Part shown: positions 37,926-51,828 of the stretch, piece after piece
Position numbering within the stretch: position 1 is the first letter of the stretch
How the letters are laid out: the number at the start of each line of letters is the position of its first letter
Assembly: GCF_033026475.1 (NCBI RefSeq)
Contig: NC_090211.1
Location: forward strand, 3,849,726 to 3,913,725
Direction: 5' to 3'
Source of the DNA: Channa argus
Lineage: Eukaryota
Length of the DNA stretch: 64,000 nt
The notes under the pieces: generated by a model
What the model was told of the DNA's origin: nothing
Database searches by the model: none
What the model saw: only the letters and a program-made list of their open reading frames with translations
Made by a program: the position numbers and the translations under genes

Positions 37926-40505
37926 CACATAAAACGGTGAACAATTTCAATAATTGAGGAATTGTTTCAGCCAATTTGCAAGTCAAAATGGTGACAAAAT
38001 GTCAGATGTTGCCATTTGAGACTCCTAGATATGAGGATTTTTTTGCTTTTCTTTCTAATATGCATCAAAATATTTTGAGGAACTGAATGAATCATACATT
38101 TTGGAGCAGATATCTTTTTTTACTTGTAGACCTGTTTCACACAAATTCTAAAACATTTTTACTTGACTTTTATTTCTTGTGTTACACATTTAAGGATTAG
38201 TAATAACATACTACAATGGTTAACTCTTTCTGGTTTCTTGTTGTTCTGGGGAGCTCTAGTTCCACTATAATTATTACCACATTACACACTAGTTCCCAGG
38301 AGGTTTCTCAACAATTCACAAGAATGTATTTGTGGAAATGGTCATGTCATAATATAAAGTGATTACTAAATCTTTGTGTACTAGTACTAACACGCTACCT
38401 TTTTGTATTTTGTTTTCAGCATTGTGTTTGGGAACACTTTTTTCATGCATAGTCGTAAACACCTCACTGTACTGCATCTTTTTTATTTAATTCTTTTTCC
38501 GCTTATTGGTCAGCAACACTATCCACCATGGCCTATATATTAAGATATATTAGGGTAGGGTTTGTTTACCCAGTGTAAGCTGAGTGAGAAATTATATTTT
38601 TTTGGTCTATATTAAAGTTGCATAAAGTTTTAACACCTGTAATGTAGCACATTCAATAATCCCGTCCTATATGTTCAGTTTTTTCTTTGTGGTCCAGCTC
38701 TTTTATTACCCAGCTCTTGTGTTCATACCTGCAGGGTGAATATTGTAAGATTAAGCTTTTTAATATGTTTTTTCCCTCTGATCCAACATGTCTGATTCAG
38801 CCATCAGCAGCTTTCAGTGCAAAATGTATTCAGAAAAACTTGTTTCATTTTCCACCAAGACCCCAGACGTGCTAAGCTGTGGTACAACATGTCCCTCATT
38901 AACAAACTAGTGTCATAATTTGACTTTTTACTACACAATATGAGTCCAGGCTTTACTAAACACACAGAAGAGGGACCCACACAGCTGTTGCTACATTGTC
39001 AACTGCCCATTGGGTCCTATTAGGTTGTCCCCCACAGTCAGACATATTCAAGAGATGTCAATGATGATGTCTGCTGTCACCCAGTCTGGGTGGCCTAAAG
39101 TGTCCTGATCAGCATTTCCTCGTAAGAGTGAGGCTGGTGTCAGTAGCTTCCAGCTGGATCAACGGACATAAAAGCATCTCTGCCTCCACATTAGGCTTTG
39201 TTGACTTGGGCATCCTGGCAAATGGCAACCAAAACATACATCTGCAATAAATAACTAATTACTAAGAGTCACTTTGGTATGTGGGAAATTCTGTCCATTC
39301 ATCAGTATTTTCTCTTTTATTATATCGTTTTTCTTACTTAGTGATCGGTCTGATATACAGGACACCGATTATATACAATGGTTTATCTAGGGCTCTCTAA
39401 AATTAACACAACGCATTATTTTTCTCCAGTTCAGCAGTTTTAAAACAGAACCCTGACAGTTGTACAGATGTTTCCCTTTGTGATGCATTTTGTGTTTCCC
39501 GGTACTTAATAGAATGTGTTCAAGGCCATTCTCACTAGTTACGTTTTATGATGAATTCATGAGGATGATTCCTGTCCACTAACTGACAGCAAGAACTTCT
39601 TCCCACTCCCAAAGAAAACATTCCCTCACTTACTATTGCACTTTTTCTCTCTTGGTTTTTATTGTGAAGTTGAAGTCTGAAACATTGTTTTGTGGCTCAT
39701 TGATCTTCTTTACACCTTCTTCCCTGACACTGACCTCACTGGTCTGATGATACTCGGGAGACTCTGGACTGCAGCTGCTCAACTCCATCAGCTTGGACCA
39801 AAGATCAAAGACCTTTTCCTCCTCCTCACCTTCACATGTCAAGATTCTGTCTATTAGTTAAGATGAGTGACATGAGGTACATTTTACTGCACAATGCATG
39901 CAAAGGATATCGTTTCTAATACTCTTTTCCACTGAAGGATCTTAACAAACTAGGGCCTAGTTCTTCTCCAAACTGATTCTCAGTTTATACAATTCACTGT
40001 TATAAAAATAACATAAACTTTTTAACACTTCTTGAGCTAAAGCAACCCTCTAAGCTGACAACACTCACAGGAATACCAGAAAAACTTCTTTAAAACTGTC
40101 ACAAATATTCACATGGGCCATTGTGACCTCATGCTATTGTTGGGAACACTCTATCTCAGAAATGTGTAAGAAATTTCCTTACATCTCGTTCTACTTAGAC
40201 TCTTGAACAAAATTATTAGAATACAGTAGTATTCTATAATACTTTGACTCTTCTTGTAACATCATGACTCTTATTAGGATAATACTAGAGTTCCAACAAA
40301 TATGGCAGCTGCCGGTAACTTTGACTTTGACGAACAAAAAGCAGAAAAATAATGGATGTAAATGGCAACACAGTCTAAAGAGTCTACAGAGGAAAATGAA
40401 GGTAAAATAATTTTATAAAACAATGCTACATTCAGGTAAAGCTTTACTCACTGCCTCAGTTGTAACATCAACCATCTCTAATACTGGTCATATATATTAT
40501 ACATG

Positions 40506-40680
40506 ATTGAGAATGGTGGTGTGGTGGCTCAGTGGTAGAGCATTGGGTTGGGATGAAGAAGGCAGCGTGTTTGAATCCCACCCCACCAGGTGTGGCCCCA
40601 CCCAGCCACCAAAATGAGAGGGTGGCGGCACGAAGGGCAAAAAACCCAGGAAGGGCAAAAAACAAGCAAAATCAAGGTGC
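40506..40680 (+). mobile_element. tRNA-derived SINE head or pseudo-tRNA (ggtggtgtggtggctcagtggtagagcattgg...gtgtttgaatcccacc), followed by an A-rich tail
   Basis: Box A-like (tggctcagtggtagagc) and box B-like (gtttgaatccc) elements are present. The anticodon arm is aberrant, so this is not a functional tRNA. Confidence 0.5.
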
Positions 40681-43600
40681 ATTCTATGCTTGTAAAGTTG
40701 TTTTTTCTAACACTGTCATGAAGGAGTTTGAGAAAGTAAAAGGGGGACATTTTAAATTTGTGTTTGTTAATGTGTGTGTTTTGGAGGCGTTGAGCTGTAA
40801 CCTGGCCGTGACTCGGTGTCAGAGGAAGAGGAGGGTAGGTGGGGGGGGGGAGGTATTTTGTGTTGACAGAGGCTCTTGAGGCGTGGAGCGGTTGTCAGAA
40901 ACAAAGCCAGGACTTTGAGCTGGGCCTCTTCTACACTTCCTTTCCCAACGTTATTGTTCACAGGGTGGGAGGTGGAAGCATTGTGTCAGCTCAGACCCTT
41001 CCCTGAGGGAAACAACAAACTCACTGAGTGATAGACTTAAGGAAAAGAGAGGATACTGACTGACTGTTGTGGGCCAACTCATTTTTTTCTCTGATGATCT
41101 CTGCTGATCTCTGTCATTTTTCAGAAACACAGGTCTTATTTGCCTCCATTAACTCTCTTATTCTTAAGCAAGGTTGCTACAGATCCTTAAAAGGTATTAA
41201 AATGTCTGCAAATTATATTTACTGTTTAAGGCCTTAGAAGGTACAAGATTGGTTTACATTCAGATCGGACAAATCTTGTTGTTTTTTTTTTTTTGGGTCA
41301 CATCACTGCAAGAATTTACACTTGCAGAGCAGAAAGTGCAAAATACTGTATGAGACAACTAGTAGATTCTAAGAGCAGTTTTTGTAACATTTAATCTCCT
41401 GTTTACTCGGATTGTCAGTTCACCACACACTGGTGCTTTGCGGAAACAAACGTACCCAGTCAGGTTAAGCTAGCAGGCTGGAAACACAGCAGAGACTGAT
41501 GTCGTTGAGCAGAGAGTGAAGATAGTGACCTGGTAAATGAAAGGTCACATATATATGGTGTGTAGTAGAGTTTTAACTTGCATGTGTGAATGCAGCAAAT
41601 TAACAGTGGTTTTTAGAGGTTTCCCCGAAAATGCGGTGATAAACTAAGACAACATATCAAATGTTGAAAGTGAAAGTTTTTATCTTATTTTTTTGAAAAA
41701 TGTATGCTAATATTAGATGTGATGCTGACAATGTGTATGTGGCAAGTTTCGGGAAAGGGGCTTGTCCCATCCATTTGCAGAACACAAACTATTTACTACC
41801 GGTGGTTTTCAGAAGTGTTCCTGAGTCCTGCAGTGATGACCACGGCAGAGATCATGTCTCTGAAACAAGAATCATGTCTGCGTTTAATGTACTGTTCACT
41901 GTGGGCCCAGAGATCAGCCATTCATTAATTCATTAATTCATTAATTCTGGGTACTTGTCTGTTGTTTACACAGATTTCTATGGATGTTTTAATAAGCTTA
42001 TGTACCACATATGATAAAATATGCATATTCTTGGAAATTTTATTTTGAGAAACTCTATTCTCCATCTTCCAATACGCCTCATGGTGGGATGTTCCACCAG
42101 GTGTTTTCATTTCAGTACTCCACTGTTGTCTTTTTCCAAAATGTTACGAGACGTGTGACTGGCATCAAATTCCAACTGAGCATACCTGTTTTAAAAATGT
42201 AAATATCTTAATAACAATATTATGCACAAGTACAATTTAAAGAGAAGACCATCTCCAGGTTAAAACGCAATGAAAAAAATGATTGACTGTGAGTCTACAG
42301 TGCTTCCAAGTCACTGCTATCGCACACCAGCGGCTAAACCTGGCGCCTTCTTGGTGCTTTGTTAAAATCACTTTTATCAGCAGACGAGAACAGAGCCGAT
42401 AACACAGACGTCACTTAAACAATAAAGAGCCGATAAGGCTGTCTTCATTCCTCCATCATCATCCTAACTTAGCGTGAAGTTTCCGAATCTCTGAACTGCA
42501 AAATCCACTGCTCCACTGGCTCCACTGGAATGTAAACAAAATCTCTGCCGTTTACACCTAATATCTTTTTAATGGTACACAGAGTTTAAGAGGGAGATAG
42601 ATTGAAGTAAAATTTTTGACCCTGGACGTTTTCAGATTAGGAGAAATGCTGGAGCATGTAAATTCAGAAGACACAATTACACCTACTGTGAAAGTCAAAA
42701 CTAATATGAGAACATACATGTCACAAACATTTGAGAACCAACCACTAGGAAACTTAAGGAAGGTACAAAGAAGTTTATAAAACTTGAGAACACCAAAACC
42801 TAATTCTGGATATTAATTTAAGTTCAAGGTGGCATCTTTAAATTGCTTGTCTGAAGAACTGTGCAAAAATTAAACACATTGCACTACACACATTTTGGGC
42901 ATTATTGCTTCAAAAATGAACAAAAATTAAATAATATTAAACATGGTATGCTTGGTCCTTCTTTTTCTGTTAATTGATGAAATAATTAATCAATGTATTA
43001 ATGTACTGTAAAATGTATAAACATACATTTGTATATCAGGAGCAGACAATTTAATGCTTTTTCAAAAGCGGCTTAATGTAAATCATCATCTATAAGACAG
43101 TTTAATGACTATAGATTTGAACTGAGCTGTCAGTAAGAGCCACTTTTCAGAATTAAGCAGAAAACTTGACAGCTGACATCTAGCAGCAGACACAGGAGAA
43201 ATAAGAGTTTACGTTCCTTGTAATGGTGTTAGATAAGTGAGTCTAAAACAAACATATTCACCAGGTTTCCACAGGAGAAAGAGCTATGGTTTTCCTCTCT
43301 ATACAGGAAAATACGCTTCCAGCTTCACACTGAGGCTTCTGCTGCAAGTTAACAAATTTGATGAATTGACAGGTTTCACACCTCTGCCTGTCAGAAAACA
43401 CCTCCAACCTGCAGCCAGGTGATCTGTCTATTTTACCACTAGCAGGGAGAGAACTACATTGTGTTAAGGCAGAAAGCTCTTAGATGGCAGACAGATTGTA
43501 AACACAATGGGTGATATCAAATTGCGTAGAACAGGGACCAGGGCACCAGTGGCCCCTATGGCATGGCTATGTGACTGTAGTCCCGTTTGTCTATACCCTG

Positions 43601-44109
43601 GGCGAGTTGTTGTATCTCTGCTGTTCATCTCTGTCCGATATGACTGAGCTGGAGGACAGGCTGGAGAAACCTCCACTGTGGCCTCTTCCTTCCAGAGCAC
43701 AGATGAGATACAAGAACTAATCTTCATCTCTACCCTGTACTGCCGTCACCATCCTCACTCAGCCAGCAGATATGGGACAGATGTGTCCCACTCTTGCTCT
43801 GGACAAACACTTCAGAGCTTCTTGTGTTCCTGTGCCAGGCTCTTTGAAAGCCAGAGGAGGGAGAAAAGCTGCTGATTGGTGCCCATGTTTCCCCCTGAGA
43901 CTTTCTAATCTTCAAACAGACCTGCTGCATCAAACAAACCCTCTATCACATACTGGTGTTTGACCGATTGGGCTGTTTGAAGACCAGATCATAAACCACG
44001 ACTATGGTGGAAGGATTCCTTAAATATCTTTCATATAATACATGTAGATGTTTTGAACTAAGTTCATTTTTATTTTCAATATCCAGTAAGAGAGAGTTTG
44101 AAGGTTGGA

Positions 44110-44412
44110 GTTCGATCGCAATTTCTGAATTCTATTAAATCTCATGTAGAATCCCGTGAGTTCAGGGTCGCCACAGCGGATCATTGTCCGCATGTTGATT
44201 TGGCACAGTATTTACGCCGGATGTCCTTCCTGACACAACCCTCACCAATTTCTACTGGGCTTGGACCGGCACTGCACAGTTTGGGAGGGGAATGGGCTGT
44301 TAGGGGTTCAGTGTCTTGCCCAGAGACACTTCGACATATAGCCGGGACCGGGGATCAAACCACTGACCATGTGGTCTGCGGTCGACTGCCTTTCCCAACT
44401 GAGCTACAGCAT
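44110..44412 (-). mobile_element. SINE family A copy (minus). Head reads gcaatgctgtagctcagttggg...ggtcagtggtttgatccccggtcccggc on the reverse strand.
   Basis: About 90% identical to 8197..8425. The spurious ORF 44098..44421 lies inside it. Confidence 0.75.
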
Positions 44413-47017
44413 TGCAAATAGTAGTTCCAAATAACTACAATGCAAAAACTCACTTTAAATCTGTGATTTACTTTTATGGGCTCCAAATTAAGAGCAGCAA
44501 ATTTACAAACACTAATAAATTATTATCATTAATTAAGAAAGATCTAGTTATTGGTCAAAACCTGTTGCTCCAACCTATAAATGACCAGAGCAGCAGAAGA
44601 TCTAAAATGTTCTTTGCTGATTGCTGAACCCCAAATACTGATTTGATCTGCATGAAAAGTTGAACGGTTGAAAAACCTGGGATGTGGGAAATGTAAAAGT
44701 TTAAACATTAGTGTTGCCCCACAGAGCTATTTTGATCAGCGAATGTGGCTAACAGTATATAGGTGCCATATACATTTTATAGCTTTTCTCAGTAATGGAA
44801 ATAAAAATTAAAAGCGTTGTAAAGCTTCATGAAAAAGGAAAAAGAATTAACAAGTCTAGTCATTGGAGCTGTTGGTAAATAATGCGTATTAGCCACATAT
44901 TTTATTTTTTTTGTGTACTGTGCACTGCATTGTGCAATCAGGTATCCTGAAATGTAGAAGGGACTAGAAGAGAAAGGGTTGAGAAAGATAAAGCTCATCA
45001 TCTGCACCCAGCTTCAGCATCAGCATCAGCAGAAACCAGAAGAGTGTTGCCTATTAGACCTCATGAACATGGAACACGAATCACGTTACGCTGCCACTTT
45101 ATAGAGGGAATGTTCAAATGTGTGAATATTTTTTACCATGTATTTTGGCATTTAATCTGACCTTACCTAAATTGTTTAAGATTTAGTCTAATTTTAATTC
45201 CCGGATGAAGACATACATTTTATTTTTATAGCTGTTTTTAAAGCAGAAAGGCATGTTTATATTTAAACTACAAGATGTAATCTGTGGTATAAATCATAAA
45301 GTGGTAGCAGTTGGACCTCTGCTGTATTTCAGGGAACACTTTCTGACTGGAATCTGTTGTGGTGTGATTGGAAGACGTCCAGGATTCATGAAAGAATGCA
45401 TAGATTTAGTGCAGCACTGCTGCTCAGCTTTTACACTTTTCCACAATGAGATGGGAGAGAAGAATGATGAGCAGCCATTATCATTTGTTTATTGCTTTGT
45501 CCAAAATGCAGCTTTTTGAGCCCTGGGAAAAAAAAAGAAGACATATGAGACGTTGCCTGCAAACATATAATCATAGATTTGATCCTCACAGTGGCCGTCT
45601 AATTTTAGTCAGTAGATTTTTACAACTGATTCCCGTTGAAACTCAGAGTCTGGTCCATGTGCCTGATCCCAACAAGATTTGTCAAGTTTAAGACTCCTGC
45701 AAAAACCTCCTCCTCTTGCTGCATTCTTGTGGCAGCCTATCTACAGGACGCTAAACTTTGAGCCGAAAATATACAAAGAGGTTGAGTCCCTGGAAATGTT
45801 GGGGCTTCAAAAGACTCCGGCCTTTCTCGGGCTTCTCCACTTAGCTTTATAAACAATCAGTAAAAATAACCTTGAGGGGGGTGGACGCCATATTTTTGAT
45901 TTGCATTTGTAGGCACAAAGATTTTATTCACACTTAAATATGAATGGATGATACTAAAGGGGCATCAGGTGTCCAATCACATGCAGCACAGATTTCTAGA
46001 AAAAGTCACTTCTAGTGTTTCATGTACTGTATGCACTTAATAAATAATAAAAAGTAAGGCTTGGTCTCTCACAAGTTACAACTAGTTGTGAGATTAATTA
46101 ACATCAGACATCAGTACAGGTTGAACTGAACTGGCTGTTCAGATTAAAGTGGATTGGAAACCTTAGCGGTTGTCTTTGTAGGTATTGTGATAGAAGCAAA
46201 GGAGGAGGTCAGGTGATGTAGAGTAAAGATCGACAACGTACAAAATATAATTTTAACTAAACCATGATCCCAAACCTTTCTCTAAACCTATGCAAGTCAT
46301 TTTTGTGTCTTCTGTGCCTGTGACAACCACGTGCTTATTAGTGCAAGTATAAAAATAAAGGTTCGCTACACTATCTGTTTGCTGAAGTCTTATTTCAGGA
46401 GACTGATGAGACAGAGGGTGGGGACAAATGACCATAAGATCATTTACACTAATAGACTTAAAATTAAAATAGTCACAGACGGTATAATCTGATGTCACAG
46501 AGTTGGTAGGGAGACAGGGTTTCTGCATATCTGACTTTATGTCAATCAGTTTTGGACGAAGTATTGTAGCTCCTTTGAGTTGACTATACGCTACGTGATT
46601 TTCGACTGTCCCAGTAGAAAGATGACCAAACACGGTGGTGTCTTTTGTTTGTGACTCCAAAAACAGCTGTCACACTGTAAGAAAGGTTAAAACATGCCTG
46701 TTGTCACGGTTTTGCAACCAAAGACAGCCTTTGACAAAATTCAGTGTCAAAAACAGTGTCTCACAATGTGACTACTGCTACAACTAGCTTGATTCTTAAT
46801 TTCAGCATTCACATTGCGAATCTATGGTGTAAATTTTGTCTCTGCCCAGTCTATGAGGATTCTGACCCGACACTATGAATGGCAGCATACAGCCCAAGAA
46901 TTTGTGTCTATACAACTGTTCGTAGCCCTAATTCTCTGACTGAACACGGGGTAGAAAACTAAACTCGCAGCTCATTTCATACATGGAGGGTACTGTATGT
47001 AATATATCGATAAGGCA

Positions 47018-47280
47018 ATCGTCCACGGATCATAGGGTCAGTGGTTTGATCCTCCAGTCCCGGCTATATATGTCAAAGTGTCTCTGGGCAAGACACTGAA
47101 CCCCCAACAGCCCATTCCCATCCCCAGCTGTGCAGTGCCGGTCCAAGCCCAGTCGAAATTGGGGTGGGTTGCGTCAGGAAGGGCGTCCGGCGTAAAAACA
47201 AAAACTGTGCCAAATGAACATGGCGACCCTGAACTCACGGGATAAGCCGAAAGGACAAAACACAAAAACAAAAAAAAAGT
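47018..47280 (+). mobile_element. SINE family A copy (plus). With 44110..44412 it forms an inverted pair 2.6 kb apart inside caskin2 intron 1.
   Basis: Reverse complement of the 44110..44412 and 8197..8425 elements. The spurious ORF 47038..47319 (-) lies inside it. Confidence 0.75.
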
Positions 47281-50200
47281 GTATGTAATATATACTTCAA
47301 CATCATTCAGACCATTCAACAGTTACACATATTGTTTGAGGTCTTTCACTTACATGTTGATAAATCAAATACAACACACAATGTGTTCTTCATCTTATTG
47401 CTGTTGATACTCTCCAGATTGTAGCCATCCCCAGTTGCAGTGTAAACAAAGAAGTCCATAATGTGGGTTCAGGTATGTGGGACAGGCAAGCGGCTACTAT
47501 GATCAGGGCTTTGCATCTACTAACAAACTAAAGGAATGCAGCATTAAGCCTTGTTTTGGTGTTCTGGAAACAATAGTGACTAAAACCGATTGGATAATGT
47601 TACGTTGGAGCTAACAGATGTTGAACAGCAGTTGCTTTGACTGAAATTACTGCAAGGCAGGAAGGAGAGCACACGTTGGAGGCATCGGTCTGTATGACCA
47701 CTAAACTAGAGGGACAGAGTGGACCAACCACAGCTGTTTTTGTCCATGTTTCTATGTCACTTAGTTTCTGTGCACCCTACACAGGGGTCTGCGTAGGGTG
47801 CACACCTATGCAGAACCTACATAAGACTTATAGCGAAGATTTGAAATAAACCAAGTATAATAAGATTAATTCATGAAGCATTTTCCCACTATATTCTTGT
47901 TAAATCCATGTTTTAGAACAATATGAAAACAATGAAGATGTTGAAGCACAGTTTGGTGGCTGATTTAATAAAGGTCCAATCTGCTTAACAACAAATCAAA
48001 ACAATCTAATAAATTAATCCAAGATTACACTTGAGTCAACTTGACAAGTTAATATCTCACTTTGCTTCATGTTTGAAACCTGCTTACCTACCTGTACCCA
48101 GATTATAATGGAATAAATGAGTATAGTAGTAAAGACATTCTTCAAAACGAAGCTTCAGTGTTTATCTAGGGTCTTGTTCTTGGTCTTTTAATGAGCAGAG
48201 AGTTTTCATGGCTCTGTCTTCTCCTGTATGTTTATAATTTGTGGGTTTTAATTTTTTCTTGCTTTATTTCTTGATGTATTCCACTTAATTATAAAATCCA
48301 GACCATTACCAAAGCAGCCTTCCTTTCCTCAGAGGGAAAGCCTGCTGCATTCGCCCATGTTGTTAAAACTTCAAACGCTCTCCTTTTGGGGGCTGAGGAT
48401 GGTGGTGGAGGTTAATTTTGGAGGTGTGGGGGCAGGGATGTTAAAGATGACATACTGCCTTATGCAGTATTGTGCTGGCTTCTGCTAGTCTCCAGTCTGT
48501 GGGTGGATCCCGTGTCTGGGATCATTTTCCCATATTCCCCAGCAAAGTCCCTGCTAACTGACCTTTTAACCTTCTGTGACCTGTGACTGTAAACACTGAG
48601 TGGAGCAGTGTTTTATTCAACCACTGTGTTTAAATGCATTCAAGGAAGCAGGTTACTGGCAGAAATGAATACTTGCTGTTTCATGTCTTGACCCCCCCCT
48701 CAAACCACCAAAGCCCATATTTTGAAACTAGGATGTGTTATCTTTAAGACTGTGTTCTTTCTGAGTAGTTGGACTGATGACACAGTCAAAAATACATTTC
48801 TGGAAAGAGGAGATACAGTTTTTTTTTATGCTGTGTGGAACTGGAATAGATGAAATATTATCTTTTTTATTAACATAATCAAAACAAAAGCATAAAGAAA
48901 AACTTGTATGGTGATGCAATTGGAAATAATAATTTTCAAGATTTTGTCCATATTTTCATTGGAATAAATATCTTTTGAACTTCACCAACTGTGAGACATT
49001 CTCTGTCATGAGCAGATTATTTCTTCCTTCACACTTTGGCCTCTCCATTACCTTAGTAGAGGTTACTCTTAGTCTCATCAGTCAATAAGACTTTTTTCCC
49101 AAAACTTTTGTGCATCAGCACTGTACTTTTCTCTAATTCCACCCACACTTTTTGATTCTTACTGCTGATAAGGTGTTTGCATCTTGTGGTTTGGCCTATG
49201 TATTTCTGCTCATGAGGTTTACCTCACTATAGTGGGTTGTGATACCTTTACTCCTGCACTGTGGAGATTGTTGGTGATATCACTGGCGGTTGTTGCTTTG
49301 CAGATCTCACTAAAATACAGCTGTTGTTTTAGTTTGGCTTGTCATTCTATGTGCACTGTTGCCCATAAAAGTTGGAATAAGTTTGTTTTCCTCTTTTTTT
49401 GCAAAGATTAATTGTGGTTTAATTTTCACTCTGATTTGTTTGGAAGAGATTGATCAATAAAGTTTTAAGAAGATATACACTTATCTATCAAGAATAAATC
49501 ATATTGTCACAATCATTTCTTGAGAAGAGGTAAAAAATTTTATTCCAACTTTATGGGCAACAGGTTATGTTGGTTATAGCAGTGGTTTATCTCTCTTTTC
49601 CCCCTGAATTTGGTTGTATTGGTCTTTACCTTATGTTTGTGCAATGCTAACGTATGAGACTGGAGCCTGACATGTTATTATCTATGATGCCAATTGTAAA
49701 CGAACATCCACAAATGTCCGTTTCGGACCTGCAATTTTGGAAATGTTAAAACAGTAAGAAAACTATATCCATCCGGCCCCCTACAGCTGTAGAAAGATAT
49801 TGAGACAGTAAATATTTATTTTTACTTTCCTTTTTAGTCAGAAAGCTGTGTCTAATGATGATTTCTCGCCCACTGCACTGCTTCCCCTGTAATACTCCCT
49901 GGAGTTTTTTTCTGCATACATGCTCACATTTGAAAACATGTGTCAAATATTTCTCCAGGAATTAAACATCCAGCTGTGCTTAACTATGTTTTTTTGATCC
50001 GTGCACATTGATTGAAGAAGCGAGGTTTCAGCAGAAAGGAGGTATGCATTTGGTAGTAATTGGGTTAGTTGGGTTGTAAAGCTGGTTTACAGGATGCACT
50101 TGGCTGTAGCTGTGTTGCTTCACAGACCTGCCATTGTCTGGTGATTCAGAACCAGCCACCTGAACTTCAGTTGAGAGGCTAAGAGAGTGAATGCAGCTTT

Positions 50201-51776
50201 CTGACTTAAAGTGCAGAGTCAGTGACCGTGGCATTATACATGCTGATTAGACATAGGCCAGGCCACCACTGCACCAAACAGAGCACAGCCTGTCATAGAG
50301 TCTGATTAGTTTAAAGGCCACAGTATTCCACTGAGTGGGAGTCAAACTGAGGCTGCAGAAAAAAGGACAAGCTGCTGAATGTCTCACGTGTCAAGGTCAG
50401 AAACTTTGCTGACCTCGACACGTGAGACATCCCAACAGGCTCCCAAACTGGGAGTTGGTGGTAGAGCCTTGGCAGTGATGAGTGAGAGAGCCCGAGTAGG
50501 AGAAGAAGGAGCAGGGAGTCTTTGTCTGCCAGGAGATCAAAGAGTTGTCGAGTTTTATTCTTTAGCGTCTTAGCATTCTTCATCATCATTTGACCTAGCA
50601 GGGGAAGTCAAGCCCAGGTCAGAGGCTAATGAAGATTCCTCAGGAGTTCCAGCAGAGACACACAAGAGGATTTATGATCAGGTGTCTCTGTCTGCTGAAT
50701 AAACTCTCTGCAGGAAACAGCCAGATATCTCTTTCCTGATTGTGACTAGATTTCCTCTACTGATACCAATGGGAAGAGAGTGTAAGCCTGAGGATACCTG
50801 GAGTCTCCAGTCTGCCCCCTTTGGCTGGGACACAGTGTCTCTGAAGCAATTGATCTTGGTAGTTGTCAAATGAAAAACTTAAACACTTTATTTTTCTCAA
50901 GCCTTCATACTCACATTTACATACATCTAGTGTGTTTTGTATCATCATTACAGATCATACTAACAAGCTGGTCCTTGGATGATTATGTTATTATATGTAC
51001 CACAAAAAGAGATTTCTTCACAATAAACTGTGTAACTAGGTCCTGGTTACATAATCTTATATATCTGTTGGAAAATGCCCCTATCTGATTAATAGCAATT
51101 ATTGAATTGTACATGACCCATTAATGTTTTTCAGGTATTACCTTCCAATATTGCAAACACGTACTGTTAATTTAATGTTTTAATACGATCACATTTATCA
51201 ACTCTAAATAAAGTCTAAATACTTCCAACACTGTTCAATACACTGAGTCTCATCAAAATATACATTTACATCTGCTCATTTTATCTTAATTAATCAATCC
51301 TCAATTCCACATGAGCCACTGCTGCCTGATGTTATTTTTCCTGTTGTCAATTCTTTTATGTTTCTTTTAATGAGCATTCAGCATTCTTCAATATACTGTA
51401 AAACCAGAAGTGTTTTATGGTTAATTGAAATGTGCAGCACTATAGGTGTAAATGTTTTCCACGTGTTTGAATTATTGTTTATTACTGAGGTCACAGTGGG
51501 AGGTGGAGTTGTAGAGCAAGGCAAAATATTTAGAGGTGGTTCTAATCTTGGCCACCCTATTTAAAACGAAAGAGATTGCCAAAATATTAGAAGCGCCTCT
51601 TATTATAGTGCACCCCGGGACATCAGCACTCACTATGACCTCAGTACTAAACACATGGTAGAATTTTCTTCTTTGAGCATCTTTATTTTTTGGAAAATGA
51701 ATAGGACCTTAACTACAGGATGCTTGGATAGAGTGAATGAACAGGTCCAAAGACTAATATTCTTTTTGTATTTCAG

Positions 51777-51828
51777 AGTTGCTGGGCTCCACTAAAAGAC
51801 TGAATGTGAACTACCAAGATTCAGATGG
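51777..51828 (+). CDS. caskin2: caskin2-like coding exon 2: (K)LLGSTKRLNVNYQDSDG
   Basis: Acceptor tatttcag|, donor gg|gtgagtg. Compare CASKIN2 LLGSTKRLNVNYQDADG (recalled). Phase is compatible with exon 1 (phase 1 in, phase 2 out). Confidence 0.75.

Noticed and set aside
40506-40580. tRNA-like sequences here and at 58703..58735 and 44380..44412 (A-box and B-box heads) considered as tRNA genes
   Set aside because: Their anticodon arms are aberrant, they continue into SINE bodies, and they recur as dispersed repeats. They are tRNA-derived SINE heads, not functional tRNAs.
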